Shown here in pieces: positions 11,941-25,789 of a stretch of DNA of 64,000 nucleotides. The notes beneath the pieces are model-generated. The model made no database searches, was not told the DNA's origin, and saw only the letters and a program-made list of their open reading frames with translations. The DNA comes from Octopus sinensis (taxonomy: Eukaryota). The translations under genes and the position numbers were made by a program. The stretch's first letter is position 1, and each line of letters begins with the position of its first letter. Location of the stretch: assembly GCF_006345805.1 (NCBI RefSeq), contig NC_043001.1:34596001-34660000 (forward strand), in the 5' to 3' direction.

Positions 11941-12182
11941 TATATATGCTTATGTGTGTTATGAGAGGTAGTGGTATCAGCGAGACCAAAAGGTGTCAGG
12001 TAATGCTGAATAAGAACTATGGATAGACCATAGTTAATTTCCAGGTTCGGTGATTATGCGAATAGGGGTCCAACGTAGGTTATATATAAGCGTGTTTATA
12101 TATATAAAAAAAGTTTCCGTAATGAGATACAAAAAACCAAGGTTGTGTAGATTTTAGGACATTTATACAACCATGCATATGT

Positions 12183-12290
12183 AATAAATTAAGTACCAGT
12201 TACGCACTGGGGTCGATGTAATCGACTTAATCTGTTTGTCTCTTCTTGTTTGTCCCCTCTGTGTTTAGCCCCTTGTGGGTAGTAAAGAAA
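12183..12290 (+). mobile_element. SINE family B, 3' half
   Basis: TAAATTAAGTACCAGTTACGCACTGGGGTCGATGTAATCGAC...CCCCTTGTGGGTAGTAAAGAAA. Confidence 0.8.
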
Positions 12291-12445
12291 GAGGGATCAC
12301 CACCACCCCTTGCCGAAGCATCGTGAAGCTTTAGGTGCTTTCGCTCAATAAACACTCACAACGCTCGGTCTGGGAATCGAAACTGCGATCCTACGATTTC
12401 AAGTCCGCTGCCCTAATCACCGTGACTAACCATTGCACCCCTCCA
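12291..12445 (-). mobile_element. SINE family E, 5' portion
   Basis: Homologous to about 7770-7919. Confidence 0.8.
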
Positions 12446-12446
12446 T

Positions 12447-12493
<47 letters not shown>

Positions 12494-13073
12494 GTGTGTA
12501 TGTGTATGTGGGATATATATGTGCGTGTATGTGTGCATGGGTGTGCGTGTGTGGGTGTGATAAATGGATGTATATTCAAATAAATTTAGGAGAATATTAT
12601 AAATAATAGAAAAAAGTGTGATTCATAGAACATATCTGAAATCCGACGGAAAAGGAAATATTTCTGGGTGAAAGTATCCATTAAGAATTTATAATTAATT
12701 AATTAATGCTGCCGGGTTTGCTTCTAATTCTTCACTACACGCACTCAACACATCATACTAATCTCATTCTGCATGCACACCCACCCTTCAAGCCACATTC
12801 CCTATTTCAACTCCACGAGACCATTTTCTTTCGCTCTCTTTCCATTTGAGTCTGTCTCATATTTTCGAAGCATGTTAGAGTGTGTTCCACCATAGGAAAG
12901 CAATCCAGCTAACTAGCGACGTCATGCTTGTAAAAGCGTCATCTTAAGGGCGAGGGACAAAAAAGAACTATTTCTTTCATCACTATGAACGTCTCTCCTG
13001 AATGTATGAATATATGCAAGTCTTAATATGTAGATATATATATGTATGTCTATAAAGAAAGGGGGAGATAAAA

Positions 13074-13136
<63 letters not shown>

Positions 13137-13228
13137 CCTGTAAATGTACATCTGTGTGTATATATATATATATACACACACATAAATATATATAATTATA
13201 TACATATACATGCATTTATATATATACA

Positions 13229-13575
13229 GTAAGGCCGCGTGGCTTAGTGGATAGGGCATTCGGCTCGCGATCGTAAGGTCGAGAGTTCAATTCCCGGCGA
13301 CGCGTTGGGTCCTTGAGCAAGACACTTTATTTCACGTTGCTACAACCCACTCAACTGGCAAAAATGAGTAGTACCTGTATTTCAAAGGGCCAGCTTTGTC
13401 ACACTCTGTGTCACGCCGAATCTCCCTGAGAACTACGTTAAGGGTACACGTGTCAATGGAGTGCTCAGCCACTTCACGTTAATTTCACTAGCAAGCTGTT
13501 TCGTTGATCGTATCAGCTGGGACTCTCGTCGTCGTAACCGACGGAGATCTCCCTGCTCCTGTATATACGCAAACA
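13229..13575 (+). mobile_element. SINE family D, full length
   Basis: GCCGCGTGGCTTAGTGG (A box), GAGTTCAATTCC (B box), TCCTTGAGCAAGACAC core, and the tail shared with 7207-7545. Confidence 0.88.
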
Positions 13576-14602
13576 TATATGTATATATACATACCTTTAT
13601 ACATTTATACATAAATATACAGAAGGGCAAAAGAAAAAAGATTTCTATGCCAATATGCTGAGAATAGACTTTAAATCGTCAATCACTACATTACAACATA
13701 CATTCACTATGAATACACGTCGTGCTGGAATCGAGGAAGGTAAGCTAACAATTTAAAAAAAATATTCTTTATCTTTATATTGAATCAATTTCGGGATTAA
13801 TCCCACGGATCTTTCCCTCTTCCGTAGAGAATACGATAAGAAATAAATGAAATACCTACAAGCACCCATGGGAAAATGCATAAGCAAGAGTCATTTCTCC
13901 GAAAGAATGAAATTCCTAGTTGACCTCGGTGGGATTTCCACCGAAAGTAACTACCCGGAAGAAATAGCACACGTTATTTTGTACGACACGCTAAAGATTC
14001 TACCAGTTCGCCGTCCTTAGTTTCGTAACAAACTATTCATTATTAGATTTAAAATCTGGTGGACATACAGAAAATATGCAATGAAACGATAAACAATGAG
14101 CTTTCATATAATTTAAGAGTGGTAAATTATACAAAAGAGAAAGGAGGGATGAAAGGTGTTATACTATATGTATTTCGAAGAATTAAGCATTTATATAACG
14201 AACAATTTACTCATAGATAAATAACAAAATGTACGTTAAAATGTAAATTAATTAAAGCAGATACTTATTGAAACATATAAACTGTGGTTGCTTTGATGAG
14301 AGTATGCACATTCCTCAGACATTTTCTGCGTATTTTCATTTTGCATTGTTAGAAAATCTTCCGCTAGATGTCCGTGCATTACGGTGAGCAAGTGAGGATC
14401 ATGTCCTCTGAATCGTTGAAATACAATACTTCATAAAGTGTATCCGTAAATTATATTAGAATTCTGTTGTTTTCAACCTGTTTACAATGTGCTCCCATAT
14501 TTCTTTTCCTTCCATACTTCTCTCTCTCACATAGACACACTCTCTCTCTCTCTATCTATCCATTTGCCTGTTTGTCTGTCTCCCTCTCTCCCTCTCTCCC
14601 TT

Positions 14603-14684
<82 letters not shown>

Positions 14685-15123
14685 ATATATATATATGGAG
14701 CGAGCAAGCCCGCGATCGATCGATCAATGCATTCATCCACCAACACATACATCCCACCAACCATCCATCTCTCTTTCTGCTTGTCTGTCTGTATGTCTGT
14801 TTGTCTGTCTGACTGCGTCTTCTTAACCTGTATGTTGTCTGTCTGTCTGTCAGTCCGAGTGCCTGTCTCGCTCTATAACAGTTTGCTGCTCATTTAAGCA
14901 ATTAAGCAATTAATCAAGTACTTGTCAGACAATTTACGAGACTAGCGGACGATGTGAATTTTCAAAAACAGCACCCTTACCTGGGATGGCTGAGTAATTC
15001 GTCTGATATATGCTTAATTAATTACTTAATTACGCAAGAAAATCTGAGCAAGAAATTCTGCAAGAATTTTATTAACACACACACACACATGCATAGGAGT
15101 ATGCATGCACATTTAATGATAAT

Positions 15124-15169
<46 letters not shown>

Positions 15170-15200
15170 TAATAATAATAATAATAATGATGATGATAAT

Positions 15201-15580
15201 AGGAGTGGCTGTGTGGTAAGTAGCTTGCTTACCAACCACATGGTTCTGGGTTCAGTCCCACTGCGTGGCACCTTAGGCAAGTGTCATCTACTATAGCCTC
15301 GGTCAGACCAAAGCTTTGTGAGGGGATTTGGTAGACGGAAACTAAAAGAAGCCCGTCGTATATGTATATATATATATCTTTGTGTGTCTGTGTTTGTCCA
15401 CCCAACATCGCTTGACAACCGATGCTGGTGTGTTTAACCTCCCCGTAACTTAGCAGTTCGGCAAAAGGATCCGATAGAATAAGTACTAGGCTTACAAAGA
15501 GTCAGTCCTGGGGTCGATTTGCACCACTAAAGGCGGTGCTCCAGCATGGCAGCAGTCAAATAACTGAAACAAGTAAAAGA
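15201..15580 (+). mobile_element. SINE family A, full length, following an (AAT)n tract
   Basis: GGAGTGGCTGTGTGGTAAG head, ACCTTAGGCAAGTG CORE-like motif, internal (TA)/(TG) tract, tail GGCGGTGCTCCAGCATGG...TGAAACAAGTAAAAGA. Confidence 0.9.
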
Positions 15581-15635
15581 TAATAATAATAATAATAATA
15601 ATAACAATAATAAAAACCTATAATATATCTATAGC

Positions 15636-15687
<52 letters not shown>

Positions 15688-15697
15688 ATAATATATA

Positions 15698-15782
<85 letters not shown>

Positions 15783-16059
15783 AACGACCTCGAATCCACA
15801 AGAGTAAATAAGAGAGACAGAGACAGGCAGAAGCAAGCAAAATGACCCTTGTATTTAAATACTATGCATATAGTCTTTTAAAACACTTTTCTTCTATTTT
15901 TTCCAAAATTAAATTGTTTTACATACTTAGAGTTGAAAAAGACTTAATGACTGAAAGCGGTACTGAAATGTTATTTGTAAAATTATTTTAGCATTTTCAA
16001 CCTTGACTTCATTCCATATATATATATATATATATATGTGTGTATATATATATATATAT

Positions 16060-16149
<90 letters not shown>

Positions 16150-16544
16150 ATATATATATGTTCTTTTATTCTTTTACTGGCTTCAGTCATTTGACTCTGT
16201 CCGTGCAAAATTATAATGTAGAATTAAAGAGTTTGCGACTGAGACTTAACGAAATGAATTCATGACCTGTGAGGCCGTAGTTCAGTCACATATATGTGAT
16301 AATGTAAATATCCAGAGTTTAATAACAACAGAGAAACACAATTGCTAATGTAATATTGCTAAAGTTATTAGATATACACGAGATAATAATAATTTTCTTC
16401 TGCATCTATGTAGCTAATAAAAGGCTTTAGAATTATCTATTTCGCTTTCGCTTAGACTAGGATTATGTTTTTAGATTTGTTATTACTGTACTCGTCAATT
16501 TTGTACACTGCTAATCCTTTTCAATGCGTTAATACACTTTTTAA

Positions 16545-16930
16545 TACTTGGCATGTTGCATCTCCTTCAATAACCTTCTCAACGAATTCTAGAATAAAGC
16601 CATCTGCCTGATCAATAAACCTATCTTCACTGTAAATCTTCTAAACACGGTCTATCATAATATCACTCTTTCTCTTTCTCTCTCTCTCCCACTTTCTCTA
16701 GCTCTCTGTTTTATGTGTTTTCTCTACTGTTCCTGTATCAGTCTTAATTTTACAGAACATGCTTGTTGCTGTCAACTCATCTCCACTTGAAAGCTTCCCA
16801 TCACGTCAACTTCCGGTTCACCTTCCATCACACTACAACATGTGTATTAGCTTCTTCCGAGAATTCCGTATTGTACTATGACGCCATTACCACCTGTATA
16901 TTTCGTCATTACACAAAAAGCCGTATTTGC
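16545..16930 (+). mobile_element. Old LINE ORF2 C-terminal remnant (CR1/Jockey-like)
   Basis: LLNEF*NKAICLINKPIFTVNL resembles LLDRIQ-KAIRLI; the downstream SHHVN...FP-like segment is heavily decayed. Confidence 0.4.
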
Positions 16931-17109
16931 AAAGTTCATATTAACTAACTTCAGGAAATAAAGTTAAAATGAACGAAAACAACAATATTTTTATACTGCT
17001 AACATCTTAATATAAAGGATGTTAGACATTTTATGAACAAATCTGAAGCAAAATAAAAGAAAAATGAATAAACATACCTACATGAACCATATGTAAATAC
17101 GTAAATGTG

Positions 17110-17662
<553 letters not shown>

Positions 17663-18067
17663 TAGTTTTTCTCCACATATACATGTCGAAAGATGCAACA
17701 AATCATCAACCTTTCTTTTCCGTCTCCTCACATTACGCATGATAAATTGCTAGCGTTTGAAAAACATGAAATCCACTGACTAGAAGGGAAGTAATTGAAA
17801 TTGGTTTTCATTCCCATATCATATCATTTCAAATCCCTATGAGTAATTTTTTATTGTTGCTTAGCTCCAAGTAAGCCTTGATCGAATGTCTATTTTCAAA
17901 GAGATTCCAGCGGTGATCATCACGTATTTTATCCATATTATTTCATTTTATTTCAGACGGCACTACGTGGATTGAGTATGATTTGACTGCTATTTCTTAC
18001 ATATTGATCCACCTCATAGTGCCTCCTTTCCAGTCATGATTTCAATATTATATATTGCATGAACATA

Positions 18068-18277
18068 CGAGGGTGTCCTAAAACGTTCGCACCTTTGGGT
18101 TTAAAAAATACAGGAAGATCTGTTAATTATGATTTTATTCAGCATATTCCTCTCTCAGATTTACACATTTATTACAGCAGCCCTTCAGCTTTGCTTGCAA
18201 AATAACTCAGAAGTTTGAGCCTCCAACCAGACCTTTCACGTTACCCTTAACCCCAGTAATTTTTCATCACTCGCTCG
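18068..18277 (+). mobile_element. Mariner-type MITE of about 210 bp, flanked by TA
   Basis: TA|CGAGGG...GCTCG|TA ends. Homologous copies lie at 44335-44570, 45462-45670 and 57218-57378. Confidence 0.7.
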
Positions 18278-18599
18278 TATATATAATGAAATGGCATTCA
18301 CAAGCATGACTCAGTAATGTTTGTTTTTAATCAAAAGGTGCCCAGATCAGCTTTGCCATTCCTGATATTGGGGTCGATAAATAAAGTGTTAATCTAAAGT
18401 GCTGAATTTGCAGAGTGTTAGAGAGTCGGAAATATGTCTTGCAATTTCTGATTCTCATCCGTGCGTCCAAATTTCAAACTCCATTTCCTGTTACCAGTGA
18501 AGTAGTTTAGTTGATCACTATTAACGTCACAACACCTTGCAGAAAAAAAAAAAACGCAAGAAGTCTGTCATATCCTGTGTACGCATATAAAATATATGA

Positions 18600-20890
18600 G
18601 ACACACTGGAAACAAATTGAGAAAGAGATCCTCAAACAAAACTGGCCTGAATGTCTATCCTCACCAGACATCGACATGAAACTTCAACAATTCATGTCTG
18701 TAATGCAAGCCATATGCTACAAATGTATCCCAGAGAGAAAGGCTACTGTACACAAGAGCAAAATCCCCAGAGAGAGGAAAATTCTAATGAGATGGCGTAC
18801 AAAAGTTTCAAATCGCCTAAATAAACAAATTGAAAGTAGTGAAAAGTCCCGCCTGAAAATAAAACTGTTGGAAATTGAAAAATGTCTGCAACTCTCCCAT
18901 GAAAAAGAAAGAGCAGACAAAGAAGCCTGGGCTATAGACAACATAAAATCTAACCCCAGAGCTTTCTACAGGCATGCCAAAGAAACAGCTACGGTGCACT
19001 GTAGGATAGGGCCACTCCTTGAAAAGGATGGCAGACTCACAGGAAATCCAATGAGGGTAAGTGAAATACTAAATGAGCAATTCAAGAGTATTTTCACGCC
19101 ACTCCTAGGGTATTTTCAAGTCAGCAATCCAACTGACTTCTTTACCACTGCAGATATAAAATCGGAGGCAGCAATGATTGATTACATCAATAGAAAGGAA
19201 GACGATGTAATAACGGCTATTGATGAAATGAAAACAAACTCAGCTACTGGCCCAGATGGATTCCCAGAAATCCTTCAAAAAGTATGTAAGAGAGTCCTAG
19301 CAAGACAACTGCAGTTCCTCTTTCAGAGCTTCCTTGCAACTGGCAAACTTCCAAGAAAACTGAAAGAGGGTAAAAGATGACCTATTCATAAAGCAGGTAG
19401 CAGAGCGGAGGCCAAGAACTACAGACCTATCTCTCTGACCTCACACATCAGCAAGGTCATGGAACGAATAGTCAGAAGGAAACTAATCACCTTCCTTGAA
19501 GAAAATGACTTGCTGCCTGACACTCAACATGGTTTCCGACCAGGAAGAAGCTGCTTAACTCAGCTCCTACAACACTGTGACTGGGTGCTGAAACGACTGC
19601 TCAAACACTCAAATGTGGAAGTCATATATCTCGACTTTGCAAAGGCCTTTGATAAAGTCGATCATGGAATGCTATGTCACAAACTGCGTGATCTTGGCAT
19701 AGTTGGAAAATTGGGAGAATGGCTTCATGACTTTCTGAAGGATAGAAGTCAGGTGGTAGTAGCCAATGGGGCCACTTCCACTAACACGCAAATAGTGAGC
19801 GTTGTTCCGCAGGGCACTGTTTTGGGGCCACTACTGTTCATAATGGCCCTCTCAGACATGCCCTCAGCCACGCAGAGAGCCACGATCACAAGTTATGCAG
19901 ATGATACAAAAGATTCACAGGCAATACAGAACCCTGAAGACACTAAGCACCTGCAATGTGAGCTGGACAAAATATACAAGTGGGCTGAAAAGAATTGCAT
20001 GCAGTTCAATGCTGAAAAGTTTCAAGCTCTATGCTATCAGCACGCAAAACTAAATGCAATACCCAATAAATACACTGGACCTGGAGGGACTGCAATCCCA
20101 GAGGCACAATCAGTGCGAGACCTGGGTATTTACATGAGTGATGATGCAACCTTTCATGTGCATGTTGCTAAATTGGCAATGAAATGTAGGCGGCTGACCG
20201 GATGGATTCTTAGAACCTTCAGAACAAGAGACCAGGAAACCATGATGGTCCTCTGGAGGACACTTGTTCTAAGCCACTTTGACTATTACTCTCAGCTATG
20301 GTCACCATCCAGTGTCAAGTTAATCACAGAACTTAAGGCGATCCAACGAAACTACACGAAGAAGATAGCCTCTGTGCAGCATATAAGCTATTGGGAAAGA
20401 CTCAAGAGATTGAGACTCTATTCCTTAGAACGTAGGCGAGAAAGATATGCCATAATATACATCTGGAAGAAGGACTTGTCCCAAACTTGCGCATCGAGAG
20501 TTACACAAATGCCAGAACTGGGCGCCACTGCATAGTGCCAAGGACTCCAAATTTGCCATCAAGATGTAGGACAAGATACTGTGATAGCCTGGGCTTCCGA
20601 GGCCCACAGCTCTTCAATATCCTCCCGAAGAACCTAAGAGACCTGTATGGAGTGGATGCAGATGTCTTTAAAATAAAAACTGGATCTCTTCTTGTCAGGT
20701 ATCCCAAATGAACCAACTTCACAGCAGGAGGTGCAGATGAGGGCAGCTGCATCGAACTCTCTCATGCAGCAAATGGCAATTGCTAAAAAGCATTCGTGAA
20801 GTAAAATCATGTAGCAACACCAAATGGCGGTGCCCCAGCATGGCCACAGCTAGTGAGCTGAAACTAGATAAATAAAAATAAATAAATAAA
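18600..20890 (+). mobile_element. 5'-truncated CR1-group LINE with a largely intact RT
   Basis: ORF 18511-19380 continues in frame past one TGA into ORF 19459-20535 (YLDFAKAFDKVDH, VPQGTVLGPLLF, YADDTK). There is a frameshift near 20470. The 3' tail is GGCGGTGCCCCAGCATGGCCACAGCTAGTGAGCTGAAAC followed by (TAAA)n. Confidence 0.95.
19459..20535 (+). pseudogene. Reverse transcriptase domain ORF (358 aa) of the CR1-group LINE
   Basis: Canonical RT motifs including YADD; it lies within a truncated element, so it is probably not expressed. Confidence 0.9.
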
Positions 20891-21678
20891 TAAAAAACAT
20901 ACATTTGCATCAGCGCACACAAACACACGTAACGATGTTAAGGTGTATGTATCTTTCTGATAGATAATTTAATCGAAGCGCACAAAGGTTCAAAAGTAAC
21001 GTCTGTGGCATACTTTTCATACATCTACAGTGGTCTGCAAGGGCCATGGATACAGCATATTATTCTAAACTCACTGAATAAAAGATCTTTTTAAAAATCA
21101 TAACTTCGCTGAAATAGGTAAAGAACTAGTTGTGAGTTCAGCCACCTACTCTGAAGATTCGAAATTCAAAGTTTATGACACCAAAGGAAGAGGATGTGCG
21201 ACTATTGATCATTGGCAGACAATTTTCTTACTACAGAGAGCAGAGATATGGGCGCTTAAACTTGCTGAAAGTAGCAGTCAAACTTTTAAAATTTAAAATT
21301 TAGGAACAGATTAGACTCTGAGATACAAAGGACAAGACTGTCAACACTTGAAGCCTCAATCGTAAATGTTTGCCAACCAGCATTGGTTACAATACACCAA
21401 AACAAAACGTTTATTACCCACCATTGCAGCCTCTGTGCAGTCACTTGAGCTACTAAATATAGCAGTTGAAGTTCAATTCCTTTCAAAGCTCTTAGAACTG
21501 TATTAAATAACGAAAGGAAACATTGGAAAATATAGTCCAATATATTTAGAAATCAATGATATGATCTATCTATCTATCTATCTATCTGTTACCACAGAAA
21601 AAGACTGCTCTCCAATTTTCTATTAACCAATCTCTCTCTCTACCTCTCTATATATTAGAACATTTACCACATAATACA

Positions 21679-21709
<31 letters not shown>

Positions 21710-22853
21710 GAGAGTGTATGTGTATACATACATCCATATATGTATATACACACACAAAATACATACACACATATGTGATTCATGGGTGATATATGTGTAC
21801 ATATATGTTTGCGTAAATATATGCATAAATGTACACCCTTACCATAATGACGAAAAAAATAAAGAAACCGCAAAACTATATAACAGTAACACCCACATAT
21901 TCTACATACACATGCACACACACACGCATATGGACGCAGATACACGTACATGCGTATAAATGTTCACCTGAATCATTATAATAATGTATCATGTAAATGA
22001 TTCCACGTCAAAATAATTGGAGTGGGTTCACTGGAGCCCTCTTAATATGTCAGTGCTCATTAAATAATGCTAACTATATGACATAGCTTGGCAATTTCCG
22101 ATTTCACAGATAATTTGTCTTGGAAAGAAATTTCCTTCTTTGACGTTAACTATTTGACATGGTGGACGATAACTTAATCCATATTAGAACCCATAACTAT
22201 ATTCCTGGCTGATCACAGTATGGATGCTTGCAATTAAGTGTACTATTGTCGCAGTTATGTTCGTGTGGTTGATAAGTTTATCTTGCAATTACTTGGCTTC
22301 TGTTTCCCTTCAACTACACATTACCTACCTTAAGTGTCATCTAATATAGAATCGGGTGACCCAACGCATGCCAGTAATTTTAGGTAGATGGATACTTTGA
22401 GGAAAGCCTCCAGAATGATTGCACATGTTCTTGGGGATTAGTTGTACTCTGACGTCCGGTTTAACACCACCATATACATCTTGAGTACCCAAATGGTGTA
22501 CTCACTGTTTCGGGTATTCAGAATTAGTCTCCAGCCAGAAAATATCAAGACACATGTTGCTTTTTAGTGTAATAATCCCCGAACAGTTTTCACTGCAAAC
22601 GACAGAAACACTGCATAACAAGTCATCCCTAATAAGACATTGAAAGCAAAGCTATAAAGTAAAACTATAAACTATCTACTGGATAACATAAGCATAAAAA
22701 TACTCATATTTTTAAGAGCAACGTATGAAGACAATATTTACAAAATATCTGGAACTAGTAAGAAAATAAAAGAGTACATGAATACGAGTCCAAATAAATC
22801 TATTCACATAAGACACACATACATACACACACACGCGCACGCACACACACACA

Positions 22854-22912
<59 letters not shown>

Positions 22913-22939
22913 CACACACACACACTCTCTCTCTCTCTT

Positions 22940-23075
22940 AGTTCAAATTCCGCCGAGTTTACCTTTACGACTCAACCTTTTGGGGCTGATAAAATAAATA
23001 CCAGTTGAGTACAGAGGCCAATGTAAATAACTAGCCCCTTCACTTCGAATTTCAGGCCTTGTGGCTATAGCAAAA
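22940..23075 (+). mobile_element. SINE family B fragment, tail type 1
   Basis: GTTCAAATTCCGCCGAG...TTTCAGGCCTTGTGGCTATAG. Confidence 0.7.
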
Positions 23076-23140
23076 TATATATATATATATATATATAACT
23101 TCCAATTCGGACATTTACCTCTATTTAATCATCTCACATC

Positions 23141-23188
23141 GTCTCTGATGAAGGGATATACATAATATCCCAGAAACAACTGTAAGAT
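23141..23188 (+). ncRNA. Minimal hammerhead ribozyme motif in a PLE-like remnant
   Basis: GTCT-CTGATGA-A-GGGATAT(ACATA)ATATCCC-A-GAAA-CAACTG-TA-AGAT: intact core, 7-bp stem II, GUA triplet. Confidence 0.7.
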
Positions 23189-23308
23189 TACATTTATATC
23201 TCTTTCCTTATAAATGTCCTGAAAACTCCTCACAGCCTTGGCTTAGTTATCTCATTTTGTCTAACACACACACACACACACACACCACACACACACACCA
23301 TATATATA

Positions 23309-23351
<43 letters not shown>

Positions 23352-23498
23352 ATATATACATATATACATGCTAATACAAGACGCACATTAAACTCCTTGC
23401 TCGTATCACTATCGAACGAAGAGTTTAACTACGGTCTGTCCATAGCGTTGCCTACCAACCTTCGGGTCTTCAAGATACCAATATCTATTATACCCTTG

Positions 23499-23565
<67 letters not shown>

Positions 23566-23629
23566 ATATACTTTGATATACTACATACCTCTCAAGCATA
23601 ATATAGTTCCGAAGACTATTTAATACGCT

Positions 23630-24252
23630 ATCTGCAGGAAGGATGGCTTTGACGTATAGATCAAAAGCATGTCAGAACCAGCATGTATCCACGCCTTTAA
23701 AAAGAAGGAATGGTAGTGGAACAATCCGGTTAAAAAAGTATTTCGGTGCAAACATAAATTACCTGATATTGTTCTGTAGGAAAGGGAACAAAATTCACGC
23801 ACGGGGGTCCAATGGCTGTGAACGTACAACCAAAAGTCCAGGAAAAAGAGAACATTTATGGCGAATTAATGCGAATTTACAGTTCTTATACCCTAATAGC
23901 AAATTCTTAATTGTATCTAAATTCATAGGTGAATTCGATTACATACCTATAATTTTACATACAAGTCTATAGAAACTAGAAGAACTAGAAGTAAGAGGAA
24001 AAGAAACTGACGCACATTTTCCAAGTTCAATCTGTTAGTGGCACAGTGAAGATTTGTAAGATGTTCTAAAAATTCTTTATTTGGGATTCCTTAGAGGAAT
24101 AGATGCATACACCTAAGTGTATACATCGACAATTCAATCACTCACCATCCACGCATATTTGCAAATTCCGGGAAGTCTTTTAACTCCAAATGTCTTGTCG
24201 TTTTGTTGGCGACCGGGTTGAGCTCATGTTAGAACTTAAATAAAACCCAAAG

Positions 24253-24255
<3 letters not shown>
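23630..24255 (+). mobile_element. Third R4/Dong-type fragment (REL domain plus 3' UTR)
   Basis: W*WNNPVKKVFRCKHKLPDIVL*EREQ...LQFLYPNSKF...YIP, followed by a 3' UTR homologous to 493-640 and then (CA)n/(TACA)n. Confidence 0.75.
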
Positions 24256-24288
<33 letters not shown>

Positions 24289-25414
24289 ACACACGCATGC
24301 ATGTACACACAGAGATACATATGAATGCACATACATGCATATGTACATGCATACGGCATAGATATATATTGTACATATATACGTACATAGGTAATACATA
24401 CATACGTACATACATACATACATAGAAGAACATACATAGACGAACTACATCATCGAATATTGTCAGTGTCGCAGGTTTTCACTCTCCTAGAGAGTTGTTA
24501 TGACAACAACAGTCGGGCCTCCTACTGAGCCGGCCGTGCGCCTGGACTGACCCAGGTATTTCGACGTCCCCGAGCATACATACATGCATACTTGCACATG
24601 TACATATGTTATTGGATGGCCATTGACTGCTCATAAGCTCTTCCATCCTTTGAAAAGTCTTATTTTTCATCCTGAAGGGTGTCCAACAATCAAACAATCA
24701 AGCTTGATGGGGTTACCAGTTTAGTCCCCGACGATGCAGCATACACATACATACATACATACATACATACATACATACATACATACATACATACACACTC
24801 ATACACATACATACATAATACATACATATATAAATAAATACATACATACATGCATAAATACATACAAACAAAAACATCTCGTTGATGTTGAAATTTCAAT
24901 AAAGGGGCCTTGGATGAAGGTTAGAAACCGGCTCTTTCTCTCTTAGGAAGAAATCTTGAAATAAAACTGATTAATGACATACATACCATTCCAGCTTTTG
25001 TCAGTTTGTCCTGTTATAAAGTTATAAGCGCGTAGATGAATCGTTGATCCACTATAAAACCTATCCCGTTAGATCCTATTCATATTCGCCTTGCCTCCTG
25101 CAAACTAATGCAGATCATGAGTCTATAGTAACTTAATTTTAATGTCACTAATCTTCAAGAAAACTATTGAAACAGACGTGAACACATAGAGATATGCATA
25201 CATGCACGTCAAATGCTCATGTGTGTTTGTGTGAGTGTGTGCTTATAATCATACATCAGCAGAAAATCCCGTATTTAACATCGGGCGAGAGATGAAAAGG
25301 TGTTGTTGCATAAAACGTACAGATGCATATGCATAAATGTGTTAAAACCTGGAAGTTTTAGAGAAGAGAAAAGAAAGTAAAATGACTACACACATACACA
25401 TACAACTGTAGCTG

Positions 25415-25496
<82 letters not shown>

Positions 25497-25564
25497 ATTA
25501 TGAAAGTATGCACATAAGTATCATGACATATGTATATATGTATATATGTGTGTGTGTATATATA

Positions 25565-25596
<32 letters not shown>

Positions 25597-25601
25597 ATAT
25601 T

Positions 25602-25654
<53 letters not shown>

Positions 25655-25655
25655 T

Positions 25656-25687
<32 letters not shown>

Positions 25688-25723
25688 AAGAGTAAGAGAG
25701 AAAGAGGGAGAGAGAGAAATAGT

Positions 25724-25789
<66 letters not shown>

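Noticed and set aside
13229-13310. tRNA genes at the A/B-box-containing heads
   Set aside because: No complete cloverleaf or acceptor stem; each head continues into SINE body and tail.
21050-21520. Complex sequence with partial open frames; possible transposase relic
   Set aside because: No diagnostic motif could be aligned by eye; it needs a translated profile search.
24480-24575. HDV-like ribozyme, suggested by CCTCCT and a CCTGG/CCAGG hairpin
   Set aside because: I could not assign P1 or a complete P3 on either strand; kept only as a structured module.
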